Assembly: GCA_007694115.1 (NCBI GenBank)
Contig: RECJ01000242.1
Span: forward strand, 18,089 to 82,088
Source: Leptolyngbya sp. DLM2.Bin27
GTDB taxonomy: Bacteria; Cyanobacteriota; Cyanobacteriia; Phormidesmidales; Phormidesmidaceae
Length of the DNA stretch: 64,000 nucleotides
Reading direction: 5' to 3'
In this document: positions 45,545 through 56,069 of the stretch, piece after piece
How positions within the stretch are numbered: position 1 is the stretch's first letter
How the letters are laid out: each line of letters opens with the position of its first letter
Program-made: the position numbers and the translations under genes
The notes under the pieces: generated by a model
The model's input: the letters and a program-made list of their open reading frames with translations, nothing else
Told to the model about the DNA's origin: nothing
Databases searched by the model: none

Positions 45545-46639
45545 ATGTCTAATCAAACATCTGAGCATCTAAAACAAAGATCTCAAGAAATCATAGAGAT
45601 GTGGGAAGCACGGGTGCGGGCTGAAATAGCTGCATCTAATCATCAAGAGTCGCTAGTGTTGAGAAACTCGCTACCTAAGTATATCAATCATTTAGCTGAT
45701 AGCCTCTCCAATCAATCTGAACGGACATCAGATCAAATTGAAATGACTCGGTTGCAAAGTACCCAAGTCAGTCTCGAACATGGGCAAGAGCGAGCAGGAT
45801 ATGCCGACTACTCTCTGCCTCAGCTGATTTTTGAGTATCGTATTCTTCGGCAGATTATCTTTCAGGTTTTAGAAGCAGAGGCTCCCTTAGAGCCGAAAGA
45901 GCGCGATCTAATCGTTGACTCTCTAGAACAAGCCGTGAGCGATGCAGCAACTCAGTTTTCTCAGACGCTGCAAGATATTCAAGAACTCTTTATGGTGACG
46001 CTGACCCACGATCTCAGAAGCCCGCTCAACACGATAAAAATGGGTGCTCAGCTGACCCTAAATCAGTTTAAGCCAGGCGACCGACAGAGCGAAATCGTAG
46101 CCAAAATGCTGGGTGCAGCTGACCGCTTAAATGCAATGATTCAAAACCTGCTCGATGTCAGTCGGCTGAGGGCGGGGCATTGCCTGTCAGTGGATCTAGA
46201 AGCGTGCAACTTAGCTAGTCTGGTCAACAACATCGTAGAAGACCTAACCCTCACCTATGGCGATCGCTTTGTTGTCTGCTCTGAGGCTGATGTCTGGAGC
46301 CGTTGTAGCCCTGGGGAGATGCGGCGGGTAATTGAAAATTTAGCGACTAATGCCGTCAAATATGGTGCCCCTGCTACACCCATTACCTTTGTGCTTCAGC
46401 AAACTGATACCCATGTCAGCTTGGCGGTTCACAACCATGGTGAGCCGATTGACCCCAGTGCTCAATCAATTTTGTTTCAGCAATTTCGTCGCAGCACCGA
46501 TACTGAGGATCAATCCGGTTGGGGGCTTGGGCTATTTTTAGCCAAAAACATCGTTGAGGCACATGGTGGCACAATCACGGTTAGCAGTGAGGCCGGGAAG
46601 GGCACCAGTTTTGTCGTTAAGTTACCCAAAGATCCCTAG
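45545..46639 (+). CDS. soluble sensor histidine kinase (helical N-terminal input domain)
   Basis: THDLRSPL, NAVKYG, GWGLGL; no TM. Confidence 0.9.
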   Translation: MSNQTSEHLKQRSQEIIEMWEARVRAEIAASNHQESLVLRNSLPKYINHLADSLSNQSERTSDQIEMTRLQSTQVSLEHGQERAGYADYSLPQLIFEYRILRQIIFQVLEAEAPLEPKERDLIVDSLEQAVSDAATQFSQTLQDIQELFMVTLTHDLRSPLNTIKMGAQLTLNQFKPGDRQSEIVAKMLGAADRLNAMIQNLLDVSRLRAGHCLSVDLEACNLASLVNNIVEDLTLTYGDRFVVCSEADVWSRCSPGEMRRVIENLATNAVKYGAPATPITFVLQQTDTHVSLAVHNHGEPIDPSAQSILFQQFRRSTDTEDQSGWGLGLFLAKNIVEAHGGTITVSSEAGKGTSFVVKLPKDP

Positions 46640-46812
46640 GCACAGGATCGCAGGATGCTGACTAATGCATAGGAGTAAACAGCCGTTCACCCCTATGCAT
46701 CGGCCCGGATGATCGGTCGGTAGTTGCAATCAAACCTAGGATGGGCAAGGGCTTTGCCTACCCTACGGAGGTTTTATGTCTATACCAAATCCTATCTGTA
46801 TACCCCCGATTT

Positions 46813-46840
46813 GTAGGGGATTGCAGTGCAATGCCCCTAC
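46813..46840. repeat. GTAG-family REP-like palindrome
   Basis: GTAGGGGATTGCAGTGCAATGCCCCTAC. Confidence 0.65.
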
Positions 46841-46937
46841 GGGGTGTCGGTTTCAATTCGGGGGTTTGTGGGTCGGATTGGGTATGAGTTGCGCCGGCCT
46901 ATTGGTGCACGCTGGCTAACCTCGCCAGTTTGCCCCA

Positions 46938-47183
46938 CTATTGGGCAACGGTGATGGCTTCGGGCTGCGCGGCTTTGGCAGCGGCCAGCGGTTGGAGGTG
47001 AAAGCCCACCACCTGCTGCCCTCGGCAGTAAATGCCTAGCTTGGGGCGCACCTCAAAGGCGGGAGTAGTGCCCTTTTGCGACTCGGCCTCGGTGTAGAGC
47101 CAGTAGCCCTTTGGGCCAGCCACCAGCTGTACTGGGGTCTCTTTAGTACGCGAAATTAAAACATGGGTTGGGGTAAATGTCAT
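46938..47183 (-). CDS. small hypothetical protein
   Basis: AAGGAG SD before ATG; MTFTPTHVLISR... Confidence 0.65.
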   Translation of the reverse strand: MTFTPTHVLISRTKETPVQLVAGPKGYWLYTEAESQKGTTPAFEVRPKLGIYCRGQQVVGFHLQPLAAAKAAQPEAITVAQ

Positions 47184-47448
47184 TGCGATCTCCTTGGGTG
47201 CAACTGACCCTGAGTAGGTAGTAACTCTATGTAAAGCCTTCTCAGATAACGCCGCGAGCCGGAGGGCCGAATATTACTGGGGGGATCTCCTCATCTCTGC
47301 CACCATCGCTCTTGGTCAAACTCCCTTAAAGTGCCCAGCAGTGGCCTGGGAACTCCACGAAATCTGAAGAACATATAAAATTATTAAGGAGGGGTTACAA
47401 AGCTTCATCTGCCCCAGGGAGTACACCATTTTCAGGTAGCTTTCATTT

Positions 47449-48042
47449 ATGAAAGAATTCTACGCCAGCCAAACCCTGCGCCTGCGGGTGCCCAACGAAG
47501 CCATTCCGATTGAGCACTATCTGCGGCAGCCCCAGCGTCTGGTGCAGGCCATCACCGACCCGCGCCGGATTGAAGTACTGGGTGACGGGGTCTATCGGCT
47601 GAGCCTGAGACCCCTGCAATTTTTTGGCATTGGCGTTGAACCCACCGCCGATTTGCAGGTGCGATCGCTCTCCGACGGCAGCCTGCGCCTAGAGTCGGTG
47701 GGCTGCCAGGTCAAAGGCCCCGACTACCTGAGCTTTGTGAACGACTCCTTTGGCATGGTGCTGAAGGGCAGCCTCACCCCCCACCGCGAGGCCGCCTACA
47801 CCGAGCTGCAGGGCCAAGCTGACCTGCAAATTCATTTGGAGCTGCCGCCGCCGATTGGGTTTATGCCCGATTCGGTGCTAGACCGCACGGGAAAGGCGTT
47901 TTTAAGCGGCATTTTGGCCACCATTAAGTACCGGATCGAGCGCCAGCTGAGCGAAGACTACCGGGCCTGGGTGAAGTCGAACCAAGCCCACGGACAGGCC
48001 AGTGCTGGCGGTGCGCTGCGGAGCCGCCCAGTGGAGGGGTAG
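47449..48042 (+). CDS. DUF1997 (START-like) protein
   Basis: IEHYLRQPQRLV, LQGQADL, QLSEDYRAW. Confidence 0.85.
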   Translation: MKEFYASQTLRLRVPNEAIPIEHYLRQPQRLVQAITDPRRIEVLGDGVYRLSLRPLQFFGIGVEPTADLQVRSLSDGSLRLESVGCQVKGPDYLSFVNDSFGMVLKGSLTPHREAAYTELQGQADLQIHLELPPPIGFMPDSVLDRTGKAFLSGILATIKYRIERQLSEDYRAWVKSNQAHGQASAGGALRSRPVEG

Positions 48043-48083
48043 AGGGGATGTGGATGGGTCGGTGAGTCGGCGGGTGGATGGGC

Positions 48084-48131
48084 GTAGGGGCGTAGGGGCA
48101 GACCGTAGGGGCAGACCTATGTGTCTGCCCT
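48084..48131 (+). repeat. GTAG REP-like palindrome with partial tandem duplications
   Basis: GTAGGGGC-GTAGGGGCAGACC-GTAGGGGCAGACCTATGTGTCTGCCC. Confidence 0.75.
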
Positions 48132-48176
48132 AACCAGGGCGATGGATGGATGGGTGTCGATGAGAAGTTAGGGGGT

Positions 48177-48953
48177 CTAAAGGTGGGTGAGGTGGATGCG
48201 ATCGCCCACCTTTAGACCCAACATCTGCTGGGCATTGCCCTGGTTAACCGCGATCTCTACAAATCCGTGGCTGCCGACTAGGGCCAGCGCGGCTCCGGGG
48301 GCGACTTCGCCATAGGTTTTGGCTGCGGCTAGGGTGACAGCGCCTAGGGTCAGTCGCCAGGGGCCAGAGGCCACAGCGCTGGCGGGGATATTGGTGGCGG
48401 CATTGCCGAAGTGGTCGATGTATTGCACTGAGCCTTCGTAGCCGGTGGCCGTGGCGACAGGCATTGTCAGGGGCAGTTTCAATAGCGACTCGGGCTGGAT
48501 TGCCGGTCCCAGGGCCTCTAGGGCAACGCCCCTGGCCAAGTGGGCCGCCACTGGGGCAAATAGGTCGCGCCCGTGGAAGGTGGCGCTGGGATGCGGCAAC
48601 CGCCAGTAGTCGGGGTTGGTGAGTTCTACGGCGTTGACCGTTGGCGCTTGATCTAAAACACCGCTAAAGACTCCGTTGTCTGGGCCGACTAGAAACCCCC
48701 GGCTGGTTTGAACTGCGATCGCCCGACGGCCCGTGCCCACCCCCGGATCGACCACTACCAAAAAAATAGTGCCGGGCGGCAGGTAAGGGTAGGCGCACAG
48801 CAGGGTAAAACGGGCGGCGTAGAGATCCTGCGGCGGCAGGCTGTGGGTTAAGTCAATCAGCTGAGCCGGGGGGCACAGGGTGGCGATCACGCCTTTCATC
48901 ACCCCCACATAGCTGTCTTGGGTGCCAAAGTCGGTGATCAGGGCAATGAACAT
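48177..48953 (-). CDS. SAM hydroxide adenosyltransferase (DUF62) family
   Basis: ITDFG, VVDPGVG, GPDNG, TFHGRDLFAP, YIDHFGN. Confidence 0.92.
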   Translation of the reverse strand: MFIALITDFGTQDSYVGVMKGVIATLCPPAQLIDLTHSLPPQDLYAARFTLLCAYPYLPPGTIFLVVVDPGVGTGRRAIAVQTSRGFLVGPDNGVFSGVLDQAPTVNAVELTNPDYWRLPHPSATFHGRDLFAPVAAHLARGVALEALGPAIQPESLLKLPLTMPVATATGYEGSVQYIDHFGNAATNIPASAVASGPWRLTLGAVTLAAAKTYGEVAPGAALALVGSHGFVEIAVNQGNAQQMLGLKVGDRIHLTHL

Positions 48954-48995
48954 GGTGGGGCGAAATTGGGGGATCACAAGTCGGTTGGTCAAATC

Positions 48996-49493
48996 CTAGG
49001 GGGTTGCCTGGTAGTCGCCCGATTTGCCGCCGGTTTTTTTCAGCAGGCGAACGCTGCGAATTTCGATCGATTTTTCTAGCCCCTTGGCCATGTCGTAGAG
49101 GGTGAGGGCGGCGACGCTGGCGGCGGTGAGAGCCTCCATTTCGACCCCGGTTTCGGCCTTGATTTTGACCGTGGCCTGAATGGTATAGCCCGGTAGCGTG
49201 GCATCGGCGGTGATCTGCACCTCAACCGTTTGAATCGGCAGGGGGTGGCAGAGGGGAATCAGGTGGGCGGTCTGTTTGGCCGCCATAATGCCCGCGATTC
49301 GAGCGGTGGCCAGCACATCGCCCTTGGGGGCGTTGCCCGCTTCAATGGTGGCTAAGGTTTGGGGCTGCATCACGACGCTGGCCACTGCGATCGCTTCACG
49401 CCGGGTGGGATCCTTGGCCGCCACATCGACCATCCGGGCCTGGCCCTGGCCATCGAGGTGGGTGAGACCTGCCGCCGCAGAGTTTTCGGTCAT
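48996..49493 (-). CDS. moaC: cyclic pyranopterin monophosphate synthase
   Basis: [33 protein letters not shown]. Confidence 0.97.
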   Translation of the reverse strand: MTENSAAAGLTHLDGQGQARMVDVAAKDPTRREAIAVASVVMQPQTLATIEAGNAPKGDVLATARIAGIMAAKQTAHLIPLCHPLPIQTVEVQITADATLPGYTIQATVKIKAETGVEMEALTAASVAALTLYDMAKGLEKSIEIRSVRLLKKTGGKSGDYQATP

Positions 49494-49590
49494 AGAGAAT
49501 TGGGGGGTAAAGAATGGGAGACTAAAAAATTAGAGAAAATAGGGGTTTAAACTGCACAAAAGAATATGCTAGTATCAAAAGCCTGCACAG

Positions 49591-49664
49591 GGGCGTGTAG
49601 CTCAGTGGACTAGAGCACGTGGCTACGGACCACGGTGTCGGGGGTTCGAATCCCTCCTCGCCCG
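49591..49664 (+). tRNA. tRNA-Arg(ACG)
   Basis: Cloverleaf; anticodon arm CGTGG-CTACGGA-CCACG; GGTTCGAATCC T-arm. Confidence 0.95.
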
Positions 49665-49740
49665 TTTTAATCAAACACAGCTCAGCCGTAATGCCCTAGG
49701 GTGTTGCGGTTTTGCTGTGTTTGGTGGCCTCAAGGTTTGG

Positions 49741-51060
49741 CTAGCTAACCTGGCTAGCCTGGGGCTGGGGCAGATCGATGGCGTAAACATCTCGGCCACG
49801 GCCCAGGGCAAACCGCAGGGAGTGGGCCAGGTCTTTGCTGTTGGCGGTGGCAAAAATCACCAGCCCCACCAGGGTCATCACCCCAGAGAGACCAAAGATA
49901 CCCCGATAGCCGAGCTGATCGGCAATGGTGCCAAACACCGGCCCTGCTAGGGCAATGCCCACGTCAAAACCGACCATGGCCAGGCCAAAGGTGCGGCCCC
50001 GATCGCTAGCTGTAGAGCGATCGCCCATCAGCGCCGCAATCATAGGAATCAGCGTGCCCCCGGCAAACCCCTGCACAAACCCCGCCAGCAAAAACATCGG
50101 CGTGCTGCGAGCCAGCCAAAAAATGCCCATGCCCAGGCTGTAGAGCAGTAGACTGGCGGTGATAAATCGGCCCCGTCCGTGGCGGTCAGAGGCCCGCCCG
50201 GCCATCAGCCGCGACATAAAACTGGCCAGGGCTGAAGCACTGTAGATCAGTCCCACATTCAGCGCCAGGCCCGCCTCGCGCACGTAGAGGGGCACAAAGG
50301 TGCTCAGGGTGCCAAAGGCCAGCCCCACCAGCAGCAAAATAATCGCCGGGGTGCGCACCCGACCACTCCACAGCTGGCCCCAAAACTGTTTTGAGGCGGC
50401 AGCAGCGGCATCGCGAGGCTGGTAGGGCTCGTGCAGCCGCGCCACCAGCCCTAGCCCAGCTATACCCAGCAGCCCCATGGCCAAAAATGCCGTAGTAAAC
50501 CCGGTGGCCTCGTAGAGAAAGCCCCCCAGGGCTGGCCCCAGGGCCAGTCCAATCGGGTTGACTAGGGTCATGTAGCCAATCAACTCGCCCCGGTTGGCGG
50601 GTGGGGCCAGGTCGAGCACCAGGGCGCTGTAGGCCACCACAAAGGCAGCAATGCTCAACCCATGGAAGGCGCGAATGACCATCATGGCCAGAATTGAGCT
50701 GTCGAGGTTGAAGGTCACCCCAGCGAAGGCCAGAGGCACAATCGCCCGGGGCAAAAACTGCACCAGCAGGTAGCCAAAGGGGGCAATGGCGATCGCACTC
50801 AGCCCCACCATCAGCACTACCTTACGGCCCCGTTCGTCGGCCAGCCGGGCCAGATAGGGCCGCGCCACCAGCAGCCCGATCGCAAACGACGCCATCACAA
50901 TGCCGATCTGCTGGCCGCTGCCCCCCAGGGTTTCTATAAACAAAGGTAGGGTGGGTAGCAGCCCCGCTAGCCCGGCCCAAAAGCATAACCCAGCGGCAAA
51001 CAGCACCGTCAGGTTGTGGCGCACCGAGGGACTAAAGGTAGAAAAAATAGTCAAAGCCAT
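49741..51060 (-). CDS. MFS transporter
   Basis: 12 TM; LADERGRK and ASDRHGRG motif A. Confidence 0.93.
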   Translation of the reverse strand: MALTIFSTFSPSVRHNLTVLFAAGLCFWAGLAGLLPTLPLFIETLGGSGQQIGIVMASFAIGLLVARPYLARLADERGRKVVLMVGLSAIAIAPFGYLLVQFLPRAIVPLAFAGVTFNLDSSILAMMVIRAFHGLSIAAFVVAYSALVLDLAPPANRGELIGYMTLVNPIGLALGPALGGFLYEATGFTTAFLAMGLLGIAGLGLVARLHEPYQPRDAAAAASKQFWGQLWSGRVRTPAIILLLVGLAFGTLSTFVPLYVREAGLALNVGLIYSASALASFMSRLMAGRASDRHGRGRFITASLLLYSLGMGIFWLARSTPMFLLAGFVQGFAGGTLIPMIAALMGDRSTASDRGRTFGLAMVGFDVGIALAGPVFGTIADQLGYRGIFGLSGVMTLVGLVIFATANSKDLAHSLRFALGRGRDVYAIDLPQPQASQVS

Positions 51061-51268
51061 ATCCTTTGGGTAGATTGCCAATCAGCGGGGGCCAAATTCC
51101 CAGGGGCGATCGCACCAGCGCCTCCCCCTTTTCTAATGTAAACAAATGTTGCAAGCATCGGCGATCAAATGCAGGCCAAGTGTCACCGTCTGGGCCTCAA
51201 CCGCACTGGTCAGCCCTATTCCCCCCGCAGCAGCCCCCTGCCGCCGAGGCGGCTCAGCCCCTTGCCCC

Positions 51269-51964
51269 TTAGTTTTTTGACTGTTCTGCCTGCGGCCTCT
51301 GCCGCACCCCGTAGGCCGCCACAATGCCCAGCACAAAGCCAAACAGGTGGCCCCACCAGGCCACCATCGGCTGGGTAGGCAGCATGCCAAACATAAAATA
51401 GCTGTAGTTGATCAGCACAAACATTGAAATCAATAGCGGCACCACCCGCCGTTCGAGCCAGCCGATGCACAGCAAATAGCCAAACAAGGTGTAGACTACG
51501 CCGCTCAGTCCGTGAACACTGCTGGGGCCAAGCAGCCAGGCTGCCGCACCGCCCCCCAGCCAGCCCACCAGCAGCGTAATCCAGTAGTCGCGGCGGCTTT
51601 TGGCCAAAATTAGCCAGCTAAAGATCAAAAAGCCAATGGTGTTGCCCATGAGGTGAGCAAAGTCAGCGTGGGAAAACGCCGACAGAAAAATGCCCGGCAG
51701 TCCCTCCACGCTGCGGGGATGCACCGGCAGATTCCAGCGTCCCCCAAAGAACAGCTGGTCAATAATTTCTTGCCCCCAGGGAATTGCCACCAAATAGAGC
51801 GGCAGCAGCACGTTGGCCCGAAGCCGCTGCCGCCAGCCCTGGGGCTTTGAAGCGGGCGGGCCTGAGGCAGTGCGAGCCTGGTCACTGGGAGCTGCAGGCG
51901 GCGCGGCGCGGTTGATCTCCGCCTCTAGCCGTTTGAGTCTAGCCTGTAGGTCTGCATCGTCCAA
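51269..51964 (-). CDS. rhomboid family intramembrane serine protease
   Basis: HADFAHLMGN, GLSG, GHLFG; probable TTG start 51964. Confidence 0.9.
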   Translation of the reverse strand: MDDADLQARLKRLEAEINRAAPPAAPSDQARTASGPPASKPQGWRQRLRANVLLPLYLVAIPWGQEIIDQLFFGGRWNLPVHPRSVEGLPGIFLSAFSHADFAHLMGNTIGFLIFSWLILAKSRRDYWITLLVGWLGGGAAAWLLGPSSVHGLSGVVYTLFGYLLCIGWLERRVVPLLISMFVLINYSYFMFGMLPTQPMVAWWGHLFGFVLGIVAAYGVRQRPQAEQSKN

Positions 51965-52207
51965 GGCGTTGGCCTGTCTAGAGTAGGGGCTATTGCTAGA
52001 GTAGCGTTTACCCCCGGCCCCTGCCCAGTCCCCAGATCCAGCCAGATCCCCCGAGGCCGTCCCTGGGGGTAACGCTTTAGCGAACACCTGCCTTCGACAC
52101 CGATGCAATGCCGCTCTCTGGGTAAAGTCTCGTCTCTGGCAGACTTTGGCCTGAGCGAGGCCAAGATCTCACCGGAGACTGGCGCTGAGTGGGGTAAGCG
52201 CTGGCAA

Positions 52208-52280
<73 letters not shown>

Positions 52281-52593
52281 CGGTAGACTGTTGAGATCCT
52301 TCTCCGTTCATCCCAATCTAGTTTATTCCGATCTAGTTTAAGGGGTCTAGGCGACCCTTAGGGCAAGCTAGGACGAATAGAATAGTGAGAAAACGGTAAC
52401 TAAACTGTGGCCAATGCAGTCAAGGCCGCTAAAATGAGCGTCTTAACCAGCCAAATCGTATAGTTGATAGGGGTTTGCCAGTTTTTATTGCCATGACCAT
52501 CACGCAGTACTAAGGGTGCGGTCTACCGTTGCAGCCGCCGCCTACTGCAGGTACTTACCTCAGCACCTCAGCTAGGAGTCAGCAGGCCATAAC

Positions 52594-53265
52594 ATGTTCA
52601 TTCTTAAACGGCAGGATGTTGACATCAAGACGATGCACCATCCACAGAGAGACCAGCAAATTCCGGTTTTATCCTACCAAGGGCAAACCTTTCGGCTGCT
52701 GAGCGTGTTTAATGCAGCTCAGGAAGAAGATGCACGGGCGCTGTGGCGTGACCTGACCGACAACCGAGGCAAGGCCTGTGTGCTGCTAGAAGAGCCCGAA
52801 CGCTTCAGTATTTGGGGCAAAATTCGTCTCGATCAGGTTGACTCCGACACCGGCGGCGACACCGGCCCGACCCCGGCAGAGGCGATCTTGATTAAAGGTT
52901 GTTTGCTCATGCTTCAGGCGCTGTATATGGATGTGGAAGACCTGCTGGGGGGTAAGCAGGCCCGGCAGTTTCAGGAAGACATTGCCCAGATGTTTGCCAC
53001 CTGGAAGTTTCCCCAAACAACCGCCCCCGATGCCGTTAACAATCTGCTCATGCTAGACCCCCAGGCGATGCCCCAGATGCCGCTCTGGCAATTGCACCAC
53101 CTGCACCGTCTGCTCGAAGAAATGCATCGCATTGGCAAAGACTACTTTGGTAACGCCAACTTTGCCGAACGCGCCCTAGAAGCGGTAGAGGATTTAAGCC
53201 CCACCGAACAAAGCCAGTTTCGCCGCTGGTTGCAGCAGTCGCCAGCGGGCAAGATTTGGGTTTAG
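52594..53265 (+). CDS. conserved cyanobacterial protein (Npun_F0813-like)
   Basis: MFILKRQDV...YQGQTFRL...WRDLTDNRGKACVLLEEP. Confidence 0.85.
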   Translation: MFILKRQDVDIKTMHHPQRDQQIPVLSYQGQTFRLLSVFNAAQEEDARALWRDLTDNRGKACVLLEEPERFSIWGKIRLDQVDSDTGGDTGPTPAEAILIKGCLLMLQALYMDVEDLLGGKQARQFQEDIAQMFATWKFPQTTAPDAVNNLLMLDPQAMPQMPLWQLHHLHRLLEEMHRIGKDYFGNANFAERALEAVEDLSPTEQSQFRRWLQQSPAGKIWV

Positions 53266-53638
53266 GCCAGGGCATCTAAGGCTCTGGCAGGCCAAGGATG
53301 AAAGGGAAGGGTCTACGGTACCAGGTTTACGGTTCACGGCAGGCCATACCTCTGGCACCGTATCCCTGGCACCGTCTATCGTTCCCCCTTGCCCCCTCTC
53401 GAAGAGTTTAAGAATTATTGCTCGGGGCGTTTAATTGGCACGATTTGCCTGAACGAACAGACTAAGCAGGTGGGGAATCGGTACAATTCACCTTGCGCTG
53501 GGCTGACTGTGTGGGTCAGATCATAAGTTGCGGTGGTCAATAATTGCCCCCAACGATGGCCCCGAACGATCGCCCTAAGGGAGCGATCGCACCGCCCGGT
53601 TGGCCGTTGCGCCGTTGAGTTCCGTTAGGAGTAAACCC

Positions 53639-54670
53639 TTGAGCAAGTCATCAACCCCGACTGCCACCAATATGTCTACCCCGCTATTGGTGGCGGCTTG
53701 CCTCGCCTGGGGCTTGGCCTCGCTGTTGTTTTTTCTGCTGTTTACTACACCGGGAGAAGACGGTACCCAGCCCGACTGGTTTTTGACGGGCATTAACATG
53801 CTGGAGATTGGCGCTTTTTTACTCGCCTCACTGCTGTGCTTTCGCAACTGGCGCAGCACCCAGATTGTCAGCGGTCGCAACGTCTGGTTTTGGATTGGGC
53901 TGGGGCTGTTGTTCTATGCTCTGGGCACGGTGCTGTTTTTTGTCTGGGGCACCGTTTGGGGGCTTGACCCAGCGGTCTCGTTGGGCGACTTTTTCTACAT
54001 TTTTAGCTACATCTTTTTGGCGACGGGCATGTTCAAGGCGGTGCTGCCTCGGCGGCTCAACCTAGAGCTACCCCAGTGGCTTATCGTGGTGGGCATCGGG
54101 CTGGGCGGGGTGTTGCTCGCCATTTTTGTTAAGCTTGCCGCCGCTGAGGCAGCGCCGATGCCCCTAGGCCAGCTGCCCGCCCTGCACCACTTGGCCCAGG
54201 CGGCTCCGGATGCCGACCCAGGCGCTGAGGCAATCCCGGCTGCGGCCCCAGAGGTGGCCCCAGAGGTGGCCCCAGAGGTGGTGCCTGTGGCCCCGGCTCC
54301 GGCGGAGGCAGATAGATCGGCCCCCGACTTGATTTTGCAGCTAGACGCCATGCTAGAGCCTTTGGTAGATGTGGTGGGCCTGCTCTATTTGATTGGCGAC
54401 ATTGTGCTGCTGGTAATTGCGGGCACGCTGCTGGTGGCCTTTTGGGGCGGGCGCTACTCGCAGTCGTGGAAGCTGATTGCGATCGCAGCGTTTTGTCTCT
54501 ACATCGCCGACATGTTCTTCGCCTACGCCATCAACACCGACACCTATGTAGAAGGCAGCCTGTGGGAGGTCTTTTGGACATTTTCGGCGGTATTTTTTGG
54601 CTTGGGTGCCGTGGTAGAGCACGCTGTTTCGGTCAGTTCTCGCCGCAGCACGCGGCGACGGCGAGGGTAA
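53639..54670 (+). CDS. polytopic membrane protein of unknown function
   Basis: About 8 TM with Pro/Ala loop; AGGAG 8 nt before TTG 53639. Confidence 0.8.
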   Translation: MSKSSTPTATNMSTPLLVAACLAWGLASLLFFLLFTTPGEDGTQPDWFLTGINMLEIGAFLLASLLCFRNWRSTQIVSGRNVWFWIGLGLLFYALGTVLFFVWGTVWGLDPAVSLGDFFYIFSYIFLATGMFKAVLPRRLNLELPQWLIVVGIGLGGVLLAIFVKLAAAEAAPMPLGQLPALHHLAQAAPDADPGAEAIPAAAPEVAPEVAPEVVPVAPAPAEADRSAPDLILQLDAMLEPLVDVVGLLYLIGDIVLLVIAGTLLVAFWGGRYSQSWKLIAIAAFCLYIADMFFAYAINTDTYVEGSLWEVFWTFSAVFFGLGAVVEHAVSVSSRRSTRRRRG

Positions 54671-54798
54671 ACACGGTTGGCTCTGAAGCCTAATTCCCGT
54701 CTAAGGGTGGAATTCTGTCTATGGGAACCAGTCAAATCTCGAGCGGGACTGGGTATAAGCCTTAAGATATTAGGTGGCATTGTTACGGAACCCATGGC

Positions 54799-55842
54799 AT
54801 GGCACCCAAAAAGCTGACCGAGGCTGACAAGACAGCTATCTTGAGCCTGTACCGCCAGCCCCAGGAAACAACCTCAACCCTGGCAGAGCGCTATGGCGTC
54901 AGCAACAGCACCATCAGTCGTCTGTTAAAGGCCAGCCTGCCCGAAGCTGAATACAGCGTTTTGATTCAGCAAAAGCGCGGCTCCACCGATCGGGCCGTGG
55001 TTGTGTCGCCCGTGCCCTTTGCAGCGGAGCCTGAGGCTGCCAGCCGCAAGCGGAAAGCTGCGCCCAGTCCTGAGCCAGCCGCAGTAGCCGAGTCAGCGGT
55101 GGCCGAGTCAGCGGTGGCCGAATCAGCGGTGGCCCCCGAACCGACCCCAACCTTAGCAAACTCTGCCAAGCCAACTCGCAAACGACGATCGACGGCGACC
55201 GCCCCTGAAGAGCCAGCCGCTGAGGCGGCGGTGACTGCCGAGCCCGCCCAACTCTCGCTCCCTGAGCCTGCGGCTGAAGCCCCCGAAAAGCCCGCCCGCC
55301 CGGTGCTCAAATCAGCCCAGACGGCCTCAGCTGAATTGGCTGACGACAAAGCCGCCGATCTCGACGACGACTGGGGCGATGATAACCCCGTCCTGGGAGA
55401 CGACTACGATGATGACGGCGACGACGATGACGACGACGACAGTGCCTACTCCTGGGAAGGCGACGAACCGACCACCACCAACTTCGAAACCCTGGAAATT
55501 TCACCGCTCACCGCCGCCGCCCTGCCGTCGCTATGCTATGTCGTGGTAGAGCGCACCTCTTCTGAGTTGGTGGTATTGCCCCTGAGCACCTTTGCCGAAC
55601 TGGGTCAAATTCCTGAGGCTGAAGGCGAGGCCCGCACCCTGCCCGTCTTTGAAAACCACAATGTTGCTCGCCGGTTTTCGCGCCGTAACCAGCGGGTGAT
55701 CAAGGTACCCGATGGTACCCTACTGCAAACCACCAGCTCTTACCTGCAGGCCAAGGGCATTACCCGACTGTTTATCGATGGCCAGGTGTTTGCACTTGAG
55801 CCCGATCCGTTGCCCGATCCGCTGGCCGACGCCGACCACTAG
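54799..55842 (+). CDS. HTH protein with acidic linker and conserved C-terminal domain
   Basis: TLAERYGVSNSTISRLLK HTH; poly-Asp tract; LPVFENHNVARRFS. Confidence 0.8.
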   Translation: MAPKKLTEADKTAILSLYRQPQETTSTLAERYGVSNSTISRLLKASLPEAEYSVLIQQKRGSTDRAVVVSPVPFAAEPEAASRKRKAAPSPEPAAVAESAVAESAVAESAVAPEPTPTLANSAKPTRKRRSTATAPEEPAAEAAVTAEPAQLSLPEPAAEAPEKPARPVLKSAQTASAELADDKAADLDDDWGDDNPVLGDDYDDDGDDDDDDDSAYSWEGDEPTTTNFETLEISPLTAAALPSLCYVVVERTSSELVVLPLSTFAELGQIPEAEGEARTLPVFENHNVARRFSRRNQRVIKVPDGTLLQTTSSYLQAKGITRLFIDGQVFALEPDPLPDPLADADH

Positions 55843-56069
55843 CCGCTGAAGCCGCCTTGCCCAGAAAACAATCGGGGTGGTCTGATGCCATTGCCTATCA
55901 TCTCCCCATACACTAAACCTTATAGGGTTTACTGCGGGGATCTGGGGATGTTTTGCTGCACTTTGCCATTGCCATCGGCAGCTGGTGCAGTGCTTCACCG
56001 GCTCGATCTTGAGCGCCATGAGTTTTACCGTCTGCCCACCATTGACCCATCGCAAAAGGGAAGCCAGCC

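Noticed and set aside
48177-48953. Halogenase (fluorinase/chlorinase) of a natural-product pathway
   Set aside because: Retains DUF62 hydrolase-type motifs (DPGVG..R, TFHGRD) and has no biosynthetic cluster around it
54799-55842. Transposase
   Set aside because: Only an N-terminal HTH; no DDE/HUH catalytic domain or terminal repeats
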